From: Eledone cirrhosa
Taxonomy: Eukaryota
Direction of reading: 5' to 3'
DNA length: 64,000 nt
NCBI GenBank assembly: GCA_964016885.1
Contig: OZ024741.1
Coordinates: 191,952,001-192,016,000 of the forward strand
The notes under the pieces: model-generated
What the model was told of the DNA's origin: nothing
What the model saw: only the letters and a program-made list of their open reading frames with translations
Database searches by the model: none
Program-made: the position numbers and the translations under genes
Shown here: piece by piece, positions 25,483 through 36,617 of the stretch
Position numbering within the stretch: the stretch's first letter is position 1
Layout of the letters: every line of letters begins with the position of its first letter

Positions 25483-25529
25483 AGTATGTATGTATGTATA
25501 TATATATGTATGTGTGTGTGTGTGTGTGT

Positions 25530-26235
25530 TTAGAGAGAGAGAAAGAGTCATATATCATTTGAGAATCACATAGTATTTTGTACACATATAATATTCAGGA
25601 AAAATACATACTTTACGGTGGAAAATGTTAAATATTACTTACAATACTCTTTCATAGTGCAATAAAACGAGGGAAAAGCAAAATCAATCTAAGCAATTGT
25701 CTATCATTAGCAACTATCGATTCTGGTAAAGCCAATGGAAGACAAGAAACTAATCATCAGAGGAAATTGTTTATACATATGCCCCACACTGTACAAAATA
25801 CTTTTATATCTGATGAGAGGAGAAAGTCTGTCTAAGCTTGAACTCTGCATGGTTTCAAAGTTTAATGATGAGGGCAGATATAAATAGGACTGGAGGTTTT
25901 ATTGGCTAGAAAGAGCAGTGAAACATCAGTCAAAGTTGAATCAACTCAACAAATCAATAAATTTTGAGCAGTTATATACAATGTTAAGGTATCAAAACAT
26001 ATTAAATATGTATGATGACCATGGTTGTCTCTAAATAAGGTCAATGGACCTTAGTTCAGAGCATCAATAATTCAAATTTAAAAGATATATTTAGAGATAG
26101 AGAGAAAGAGTCATATATCATTTAAGAAACACATAGTATATTGTACACATATATAATACAAATAATATTCAGGAAAAAGTAGATACTTTAAGGTGGAAAA
26201 AGTTAAATCTTTCTTACAGTACTGTTCCATAGTAA
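25530..26235. repeat. Diverged ~130-bp direct repeat pair (25530-25658 and 26091-26233)
   Basis: Both read AGAGAAAGAGTCATATATCATTT...CACATAGTAT..TGTACACATAT...ATATTCAGGAAAAA...ATACTTTA.GGTGGAAAA.GTTAAAT. Confidence 0.75.
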
Positions 26236-26307
26236 AAAAAAAAAAAACCCCAAAAACAATGGCCACATCAGGAAATCCACCTATTATATATAGATATATA
26301 ATTCAAA

Positions 26308-26428
26308 ATTGCAGCCTTGTCTCACTATTACACCATGTGACATTAATTTGATCTGTAAATATGTCTGCGGAATATTTAGCCACTCTGCATGCTAATTCAA
26401 AGAGTAGGTCGTTCAGTTGACTGAACAA
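26308..26428 (-). mobile_element. SINE central-domain fragment (Nin/Deu-like)
   Basis: Minus strand TGCAGAGTGGCTAAATATTCCGCAGACA...GTGAGACAAGGCTG. Family recalled from memory, not searched. Confidence 0.4.
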
Positions 26429-26443
26429 CTGGACACTTATATG

Positions 26444-26711
26444 CAGTGGTGGACTGGGTCTAAAAATATTGGTTGCCAGGAGATAAAGGGGGCACACCCA
26501 TATATAGAATGCTTTCATTTAATTTTTATAATGTATATGTAACGGCCCCTTACGGCTGTAACTCAGCACGTATAGGATTTGCATCCCTTTGGCTTCTAAA
26601 ATATTAAAGTGGGCCCCTGCAATGCTTCTGTGGACCCCTGCATTGCTACTATGGGCCCCCTGGGGCCCACTTGCCATTGGGCAACCTGGCAACCTGGCCA
26701 GTCCGCCACTG
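26444..26711. mobile_element. hAT-type MITE
   Basis: TIRs CAGTGGTGGACTGG / CCAGTCCGCCACTG; degenerate 8-bp TSD CTTATATG / CTTATACA; internal GGGCCCC motifs. Confidence 0.8.
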
Positions 26712-27512
26712 CTTATACATCATTCTTGAAGGGTGAGTCCATCATATGTATGGATAGATGTAATACATATATACATCCCAAGACTTAGTCATTAAAATTT
26801 AAATGTTTACGTAGTAAAGAACGGTTGACTAACTTTGCTATCTACCATATATGTCAGTGTGATATCTCAATACTGTGTTAGATTTAATAGACAAAACAGA
26901 GTCTATATGATTCCAATAATGGTGTCTGTTGAATGCTGTCATTATTATGTTATGTTTACATAAACATTTCAAGAATAAAACTTTAACTTCTTAATCTTTA
27001 AGTGAATCAAAGAAAAACAAAGAAAATTAAATGGTATCTTAATAGCATTTTTCTATATGAAGCCTCAAAATTATATACATAAATAACATTACAAATTGTT
27101 CACAATTCTTTTAGAATGAAAATATAAACACATATAACAAATACAATTAACTATTGCTAGGAACCTCACAAATACAACACACCAAAATATATGACCAGAG
27201 CGAGAGAGAAAAAAATCAAACAACCATCAATTCACCACCAAATGCTACAATTGGCCACACACCACAAGGGTCAATGGCATATTTTGGAGCACGCCAATAT
27301 GCTCGCAGTATTATAACAGATGATGGCAAGGCCAAGATGCTGAAACAGCTAGGCACTCTTACAGGCATCACCTGACATAAGTGGTATAAGATTAAGTAAC
27401 ATTTATACTTTTTTGTGAGTATTAATTCTGTAAATGAAAAGAAATCGCCCCAGCCAGGAATATAAAACCTATGCAATTTGTCATAAGTTTGTTTGCAAAT
27501 TTCCACATTAAA

Positions 27513-29179
27513 TGAGTCTCAAACACTCTTTGCTTTTCTTAAGACTTTATTTCTGAAGCAATGACAAAAGAAGTTCTCAGTGCGTCTGTGTCCATGAGCA
27601 AGCCATTTGCAAAGTGATGAAAGAACGTCTAGCGAAGAAGAGTTCCACAACAAAGGGGAGCATGTACAAGTCATATTCTATGCCCTCCCCAAGTCTTTGG
27701 AAGGAAGTGACAAAGACTGAAAATATGAAGGAGTTTGAGTGATGATACATGCAGTACAGTGGGTAAGCTACTCAAACAAGACACATGCAGGGTTGTTGAT
27801 AATCAGAGGGTCAGTCATGGGTTGGGTTTTGTGCCAGTTTTGGTCAGTCGAGTGGAGCATCAGACAAAGTGAAAGTCAAGTGGTGGATCAGTTTTGGATC
27901 AGCATTGCAGAATTCGTTGTACACATGGTGATCAAGAGTTACTGCTTCGGCAGAGGATCGGCCAGGTGCATCAATTATACAGCAGAGGTTGTTGAATGTG
28001 GCGGTGGAGTGATCATCAGCCTCCGCTGCATTGCTTTGAGCCTGTCATTGGGGACGGCGCCGTTGTTGGCGGCAGACACTCTCATGGTGATGTAAGATAC
28101 CACACTTGGTGCATTTATGGTTTCATGCACTCCTGTACATGGTGTCCGTGGTCTTGTTTCCCATAGTGGCTACAAAGGGCAGGTGAAGGTTGAGAGTTGT
28201 TGGGCCTGTTGATGGTCCATCTGTAGGAGCTGGAGGCAGCTATGGTTGAGGTGATGTCATATTCCAGAAGATGGCTGACTGAGTGCTTACTACTTTCTTT
28301 CGGCTCGACGTACCTCAAGGCCTCTTCGAGAGTCATATTCTGTTGTGAGTTACTGAGGATGTCTAGGCGGATCTCATCATCCTCCAATCCTCGAATGAGT
28401 GCGTCACGGACCTTGATGTCACTATAGTCTATTGCAGTGTGGCACGAGGCTGATGGGCATTCCACTTTGAAATTGCAGACACTGGCCTGTCCTCAGAGAT
28501 GGGCAGCGAAGGCCCTAATCGGTTCATCCCACCGCATCTGTTGCAGTTGCATGCAAGCAACCATGACATTTTCTTGGTGGACGGCCAAGGACTTAATGTT
28601 GTGAAGGGCCGTTTGCTCATCACTGGAAACTGAGGCACCGAATATCCATGTGAGGTCCTACCTCAAGTCTTTGCCGCAGCACTCGAGTAGCTGGAAAACA
28701 ACATCCCTACCTGTAAGGCGTGTGGCCCTTTTGTAGTCTGACCATCCCTCTTCAAAGTAGGCCCACTCTTTGCTCGTTCCAGCTGCAGAGATGACAGGGC
28801 GTCGTACCTTCTCGGCTGCAGCTGCTCCTGTAGTGGGTGGTGGTGCATTCGTGCTGTGAGCAGTGGAGCTGCAAAGGTTGATGAAGCACCTCCATGGGAA
28901 TGTTGGCAGACCATGTTGTGTCACAGTCAGGCACATGGTATGTCGCTTTTGTTGGTTTTCAAGAAGTCAAGTGTACTTCTTTTGTCATGAGTCTCGAATC
29001 CTCTTTGCTTTTCTTAAGACTTTATTTCTGAAGCAATGACAAAAGAAGTTCTCAGCACGTCTGTGTCCATGAGTAAGCCATTTGCAAAGTGACAAAAGAG
29101 CTTTGATGTATAGCAAAGAAGAGTTCCACAACAAATGGAGATAAGGGGCAAGTGTGTATGAGTCATATTTCTCTACACA
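27513..29179 (-). mobile_element. Internally deleted Gypsy-type LTR element with both LTRs and a decayed gag
   Basis: Direct repeats at 27513-27680 and 28983-29179; PPT GGGGAGGG next to the 3' LTR; gag motifs AEKVRRP, WSDYKRAT, QLLECC and LIRGLED.EIRLDIL. Confidence 0.85.
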
Positions 29180-29456
29180 TCGTTAATGCATATTGAAGAT
29201 ATTAAATTATATTGAATTTATTTTTACTTTAGCTCTTGGCTGACAGGTTCGTATGGAAGTTTCTTAGTTGATTGAACAAAATACAGTTTATTTCATGTTT
29301 ATTTTCTTTAAATCAACCTTGATTCTTCTGGTTCTATTGAAACCTCTGATTTTTTTTCATTTCCTTATAAGAAATTGCTGGCCTATTGGATGTCCCTTGG
29401 TTTTACAATGACATTTTGAGGAAAAACATATTCTAGTACATTTCTTCATAAATATA

Positions 29457-30510
29457 TGTGGTGATAGTGTGCAAGGGAGATCTTGCTAGGAGCCAGTGAC
29501 ATCACATCAGGGTTTTCTCTCTCTTTCTTCAGGATGCAATACTGTGTGGACATGCTATGATTGTGTGTTAGAGACTCTCTGTATTTCTTGGTCAGGCATA
29601 AAACAGGTGAACATCTGCACAGAGACATTCAGTCCGGACTCAAGTGGAGATGCAAGGTAGCACTGTTCACTTCCTCACGACAAGCTATTTCGGTACCCTG
29701 GCATTCTTAATTTCAGCACTATTTTTATTATTATTATTTACTTTCTCTTATCTTGTAGACAATATGGCAACGGAAATGAGAATAGGTAGCGAGGCAGTCA
29801 AAGCCTTCAACAGCGAGGGAGATGTTATCGCCTGGATGAGAAAGATAAAATTGGTCGCTACACTACAAGGCATCAAAAATGAAGCTGACCTCATGGCACT
29901 CTATCTTGATGGAGACGCATTAGCATTATACCTTCAAATGAACCAGTCAGACCAATTGAATGCAGAGAAGATAGAGCAACACTTTAAGGAAGCATTCACC
30001 TTTATGTTGCTTTCACCAAGCTAAGCAAAGTGAGAAGGACAGGAGAGCAGATGGACATATTTGTGGCAGAAATCCAGAGATTGGCTACGCTAGCCAAATT
30101 CACAGGAGAGAATCTCAAAAGGACCGTGCGGTTGGCGTTTGTGAACAGTCCCCTTAATGAAATTTGAGTGAGGCACCAACAGTTGCCGGGCAACAAAATG
30201 ACCATAAACAAGATAATCACACAGGCTTGTGTAGTGACACAATGCGTTGCGCAGAATGTTGCAATGTGAGCAGTAACAGAAGCCCATAGCAGTTGACAGC
30301 AATTGACGAACAATGAGGGAAGAAGAGCCCCCGTGAATGCTCGGCCTCGGGTGTTCAGGGGGATGTGCTTCAAATATCAGGGTCTGAACATGGCAAGGGA
30401 CTGCAGGAAGAAGAAGCCTGATATAAGTGGGTGGTCACATCGCCAACAACTACGACCAGGGAAAAGGTCAAAGTGGAGTTACTGCACCAATAGCTACCCC
30501 CCGGAGTGAA
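29457..30510 (+). mobile_element. Gypsy-type gag relic with a possible upstream LTR
   Basis: From 29764: MATEMRI...GDVIAWMRKIKLVA...LYLDGDALALYLQM, then a decayed knuckle CFKYQGLNMARDC. Confidence 0.75.
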
Positions 30511-30637
30511 TACCCAAAGTAGTGCTAAAACGTACATTTGTGCTACCACTAACAAATTTAAGACTAGATTCAATTCCAGCATGATGGGTATCTAATATTA
30601 CTGTTGCATTTCCCCATCCCTTCTCTATTGGTTAATA

Positions 30638-30770
30638 ATTGTTTCTACTTTTGGCACAGCAATTACCCAGTACATTACTGGTACTTTATTTTATCAACCT
30701 CGTAAGGATGAAAGGCAAAGTTGACCGGCGGGATTTGAACTCAGAATGGAAGGGGCCGATACTGCCAATA
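30638..30770 (-). mobile_element. tRNA-derived SINE, truncated (second family)
   Basis: B-box GAGTTCAAATCCC on the minus strand; near-identical to copies at 40522, 50702 and 51503. Confidence 0.8.
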
Positions 30771-31387
30771 ATGCATTTAAGTCACTGTAGGTTATAGCTA
30801 TCTACATTTGATACATATCCCTAGGTATCTCTCCTCCCATACTATGATTTCTTTATGAACCCTTACATTGTGGCGTATGGTCCCTTTCTTTAGTTACTTG
30901 TCATGGTATATTTTATATAGCATTAGAGTCTATTCTTTATGAAGCAATGATATAATTCTAAGTAGTTATATATCTACGTCACTTTAGGTAAATACTAAAT
31001 CAGGTTCTTAATCACCCTTATGTATAATTAGATTACAGTGGAATTTGATCCGCAACATGAGTTTTCCTTTTGACTAAACATAAATACACATTAGGTAAGT
31101 CCTTGTCTAATAGGGTATCACAGTTTGGTAATTAAATATGAATATATAGACAATTTTATTCAATATTCCTTATCTAACCCCTTATTTTTCTATTTATATG
31201 TTTTCTTCATTAATTAAAATTTCTGATTTGATAGAGTCATATTAACAATTATAATTAAATTTACATCCTATCAGCTCACTACTGATAAATTATTTATGTC
31301 TCCTGGGATAATAGTCACTTCTTACACTATTATTTAGTAATAGCCTAATGTTATATAAATAATACTTTTTTTTATTATAATAAATAA

Positions 31388-32275
31388 CTAGCTGATGTAC
31401 CCAGCTTCGCCCGGGTAAACAGATGATAAGAGAATACAGGTAAAAGAGAAAATGACTGTATTGGATGTTTGTCTGGTTACAGTATGAGGCAAGTTCGTGG
31501 TATCTGTGTGATACAGAAAACAGTAAAAAAAAATCTTCCAGATATACCAGATTCTTCGTTGTACCGTTTGTGCGTAGTATATGAACAATTCTAGGTGCTC
31601 CCACCTAGAATAGTGACCTCTAGGAGATGGTTCATCTTCTGCCTGACTGTAAAACATGTATCATTTCATAGACGTGGTTGTTCCACGTTTCTCAAAAGGA
31701 TGATGGGAGTTCCAATCTTTTATATTATATATAGATATAGATAATTAATATAAAAGATGTCCGTCAATGTAAAAAAAGGTCCCTATTTACTCCCTTCACA
31801 ACTCTGTGTATGTTAGACTGACAGACAGGCACACAGACAGATAAAATGCGTGGCGATTGTGGGAGGCGCACGTACACACACATTCACGCATGGAAACGCG
31901 CACACGCACGCAAACTTACACACACGCACGCATTCACACATGTTGATAGTTTTTACTTTCTGTGGAACGCTGCACGCACACACACATAAACATACGCGCA
32001 CGTACATACACACGCACACATGTTAATAGTTATTGCTTTCCTTCCCCTCTTATTTCCACACACACACATACGTCTCTACACTGACACATATACAGTGTAT
32101 CCAACACAGCGTTTACTTTGCCTCTCTCTCCCCTCTCACTCCCTCATTGGCATTATGCATATTAATTTAAGTTTGGCATCGCTGAGGTGGGCGGAGTCAT
32201 TTGAAACCTATGAACCAATGATAATCGAGAATTATGACATACGGAATACTGACATTGTTCAAATTAATATATAGA
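31388..32275 (-). mobile_element. Non-autonomous Helitron
   Basis: Minus strand starts A|TCTATATATTAA and ends with hairpin ACCCGGGCGAAGCTGGGT then CTAG|T (AT target, no TSD). Internal (CA)/(GCAC) repeats. Confidence 0.8.
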
Positions 32276-32928
32276 TTTACATATATTGAAGCTCTTCTGT
32301 GTATTTAAACACATCCTAGATAGGAGTCACCTCCCTTCCATCTTAATGTATTTGTTTACTTTCTGTTCTGTATAATATCCTGTAACAATGGCTACAGACG
32401 TATCTGTGACCAGAAAATATGTTAGGACCTTTCTGATTAAATTTATTGATTCCCAATATGGTTTCTTTTTGGTAAAATTACTGGTATGTTTTTCATGCTT
32501 GTTGTATCCCTAAGTGGCATATTTTTGTAATTTGTTTTTTATGCTCCAAAGATAAGGTTCTGGTCCTAATTTGCTCTTCATAACACGTGTATCTATTAAT
32601 TGAAATATTGATAGTATCTACATTTATTGATTGAATTTTGATCTCATCCTTTGAAACAATTGTAAATTAATAAACACTTCTTCAAGAATTTTGGTTGAAT
32701 TTCTCTAAACTTTGATATTTACGCTCTGCCTATATTTAATGCTTGGCTTCTACTTTGTTTTGCCCTCTCTAAACACTTGTCTTGCATCCTATACACATTG
32801 AGCATACTGCCCTCCTTGTTACTGGCATTTAATTTTCACAAATTAATCTCTACCCTCTCTTCTTGTATTGGATTGTACACTTACATATGATATATATATA
32901 TTATATTATATATTATATTAAGAGATTG

Positions 32929-33340
32929 GAGGCCATAATCAGTTGATTCAGGTTTATTTAAAACTTCATCATACACATTTTACTGAGGACTATCAGTTAT
33001 GATAGCCTGAGCTCTTCAGGTAACAAAACCTATAAAATCTTGAAAACATAAAAAAAATCTTTAAATTTCGAAATATCCAAAAACTTCCCCGAAAAAAATG
33101 CTACAGGTCGACGACCGAACATGTGGAGTTGTTTCTTCGATGGCTGGCCCCTGTATCAAGAAAAGAAAAATTTTCGAGGAAGTTTGGGGATTTTTTTTTA
33201 ATTTAAAGATTTTTTTGAGGAAATTTCAATATTTTATAGATTTTGACGCCTGAAGAGCTCAGACTGTCATAACTGATAGTCCTCAGTGAAATATGTATAA
33301 CAGAGTTTTAAATAAACCTGAATCAACTGATTATGGCCTC
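32929..33340. repeat. Long inverted repeat (~170-bp arms) with divergent hammerhead-like motifs, probably an inverted Penelope pLTR pair
   Basis: Arms at 32929-33095 and 33171-33340. The right arm has CTGAAGA (33250), a hairpin, GAAA (33288) TATGTATA and AATAAA. Confidence 0.8.
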
Positions 33341-33573
33341 TGAGCTTTTAATAATATATAATGCTCCGGCTTGCACCATTGATACAGGTCATTGAGCATT
33401 TTTTTAAATCTGCTTCACAACCGACCGACGATAATGTGGTCCTCACATCCCTGGTCAGTTAACCTCATATTTTAATATATATATATGTAAAAGGTAAACA
33501 GAAATAACAACACAATAGGTACAGTATATGGAAGGGATATATTAGGTTAACGCTTGATATAGCAGGAAGAGTG

Positions 33574-33609
33574 TCTTAACGTTTCAGACGCTAGTCCTTC
33601 ATCAGAAGA
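33574..33609 (-). ncRNA. Minimal type-I hammerhead ribozyme
   Basis: UCUU-CUGAUGA-A-GGAC uagc GUCU-GAAA-CG-UU-AAGA with palindromic stem III AACGUU. Confidence 0.65.
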
Positions 33610-33639
33610 AAGAATATATATATATATATATATATGAGT

Positions 33640-36611
33640 GAACTCCATAACTAGAGTTGGTCCCATAAATATAACATAAGCACATTGAAAGGACGATCAA
33701 GTGAGATTGAAGAGATACTTGAACGAAAGAAAATTGATGGTTGCTGTGTACAAGAGACTAGATGGAGAAGATGGTCGGTTAGATTTATTGTGGGCCCAAA
33801 AATGATACTACAGATTTTTCTGGGCAGGTGATGCCAATGGGTTGAGTGGAGTAGGAATTATGTTAGCAGAAAAATGGGTACATAAGGTAATTGCTGTAAA
33901 TAGAGTGAATGACAATAATCAAAATAAGACTAGTTCTAAATATAACAACCATGTCAATTAAATCTGCTTATGCACCCCAATCTGGTTTACCAGACGTTAT
34001 AAAAGACAGGTTCTATGAGTCCCTAATGCACACTATTTCTCAAATAACTGACACTGATAGCTACAATGGGATCCGTGGAGGTTATGGATTTGGTACTAGA
34101 AACGAGGAAGGTTTCAGGATCCTGGAATTCTGTGACGCCAACGACCTAACTATCTCTAACACAAACTTCAAAAACGAGACAATCACTTGATCACCTATAG
34201 ATCAGGAGAGCATATCAGTGAGATAGATTTTATCCTTAATAGAAGACAAGACAGAGTCATTATTGTAAACACTAAGTCCTTTCCTGGTGAAGAATGCACC
34301 TCCCAACAGTTAGTGACCTTATAATCAGCGATAGACAATCTCGTCGACAGCAGAGGACAACCTTGAGAAGAATAAGGAAGTTGAAGAACTCCACAGCCAG
34401 TATCAAATTTAGAGGCATGTTACTTGATGCTTTTGACAGTAAGGAAGAGCAAATAGAGACACACAATATACAGGAGCAGTGGGAATTCCCGAAAGATAAC
34501 CTACTGAAGGCAACAAATGAAATTTGTGGCTGGAGCAAGCCTCTAGAGAGAAGGAGAGTGACTTGGTGGTGAAACAGTAGGGTGGAGGAGACAAGGCCAA
34601 AAGGCAGGCATGGAAAGAATGATGGGATGGAGGAAGTAGAGAACACTACTAGGTGGCTAGATGACAAGTGTACTTTGCAAAAAGGGAAGCATCCGATAAA
34701 GAATTTAAGCATGTTTCACAATGCAAGGATCAAAGGTGTGAGGTGTTCAGTATTGCAAGACAATGTGTTAAGGAAAATTGTGATATTGTTGGGGAAAAGT
34801 GTGTCCATGATGATAATGGTGTGCTTGCCTGCACTGATGCTGAAAAGAAAGCAGCATGGAAGTGCCACTATGAAAGACTACTACATGAGGAGAATGAATG
34901 AGATGTAGATAGTTGCCACAAGTTGACTCAACAGAGGGACTGGCTATGCAAGTGAGTAGTAGTGTAGTAAGAAAAGCAATCAAAGATATGAAGATAGGCA
35001 AGGCAGCTGCAGCTTTGGGGATAGTTGCTGAGATGCTGAAAGTGTCTGGAATGGTGGGACACTTCATAATCACCCATATAGTAAACCAAGTAATACAAAA
35101 TGGTGTCATACCCAATGACTGGCATAGCAGCAGCAGCATCAACTGCTACAAGGGCAAAGGAGATGCTCTAGACAGAAAACTATGGAGACATAAAGTTGAT
35201 TGACCAGGTTATGAAGATCACGGAAAGAGTTATTGTGCAGCTGATTAGAGACCGAATTAAACTTAATGAAATGCAGTTTGAATTTGTGCCAGGTAAAAGT
35301 ACCACGGATGCTCTCTTCCTCATAAGGCAACTACAAGAGAAATACCTAGCTAAAAGTAAACCCCTCTACTTAGCCTTTGTTGATTTAGGAGAAAACCTTT
35401 GACAGAGTCCCCCATTCCATTATCTGGTGGACCCTTAGAAAACTAGAAGTAGATGAGTGGCTTGTGAAAGCTGTGCAAGCCATGTATAAAGGAACAGTCA
35501 GCAAGGTTAGAATTAACAATGACTATAGTGAAGAATTTAGCACACAGGTAGATGTGCATCAGAGCTCTGTCCTTAGCCTTCTCATGTTTATTATTGCCCT
35601 ACAGGCTATAACAGGTGAGTTTAAGACTGGCTACCTATGGGAACTTCTGTTGCAGATGACCTAACCTTTATAGCTGAATCTGTGGCAGAACTACAGAAGA
35701 AATTCCAAATATGGAATTAAAAGGTCTTAAAGTCCTAGTATGTAGAAAGGAAAATAAAGACCAGATACCCACTGGGAAATGGCCTTGCTCAATATGCAGG
35801 AAAGGAGTAGGTAGAAATTTCATTCTATGTCCCAAATGCAAGCTATGGCCATATAAAAGATGTGGTATCACAGGCAGGCTATCAAGGACCATAGGTTTTA
35901 TATGCGGCCGATGATCAGGTGCAGTAAGTGGCAAATGCAATACGAACAGCAATGTTGCATGGTAGTGAGACCTGGGCACTGTGCATAGAGGACCTAAGAA
36001 GACTGGAAAGAAATGAAGCATGCATGATCCAATGGATGTGTAAAACACGAACAGCAAAGCTTAACTGAACTAAGAGAGAAATTAGGCATAAGAGGGATCA
36101 GATGCAGTATACTAAAGAGGAGATTGCGTTGGTATGGTCATGTGATGCATATGCAGGGGGATTAAAATTAATGGAAGCTATGGAGAAGGAAGACCCAGGT
36201 AGACCTGGGACAAGGTGATAAAAGCTGACCTTGCGCAATTGCACCTCTCAAAGACAATGACACAGGATCAAGATCTTTGGTGTTATGCCTTCCCATGTAC
36301 GTGGACTCAAACACAAATCTTGTAGACATCTCTTAAACTATACTCCCTTCCATACACCCCACGCCTCTACAACCACCCTCCCACTCCAGTCCACACTACC
36401 CTTGCACTGTAAAGTTATGTTGGTATCACAAAAAGGCATCAAGCCCACACAGTAAATGTGGTTGCCATTGGGAAGGACATCCAGCCGTAGAAACCAAGCC
36501 AGAAACAGTTCTGTATGAGTAAGGCATGGTCACCTGACCCGACTTGCCTCAAACAGGACAACCCATCTAACCCATGCTAGCGTGGAAAAATGGACATTAA
36601 ATGATGATGAT
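33640..36611 (+). mobile_element. RTE LINE (PHD family), near full length, heavily decayed
   Basis: APE (QETRW, SAYAPQ), RT and PHD fragments in several frames; 3' UTR and (GAT)n tail. Confidence 0.9.
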
Positions 36612-36617
36612 ATATCT

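Noticed and set aside
25805-25882. C/D-box snoRNA
   Set aside because: Box C-like motifs and a terminal stem are present, but box D reads CAGA rather than CTGA and no guide is recognisable.
27315-27380. SECIS-like ATGA...AAA...TGA hairpin
   Set aside because: Spacing and helix do not fit SECIS geometry, and no selenoprotein ORF is nearby.
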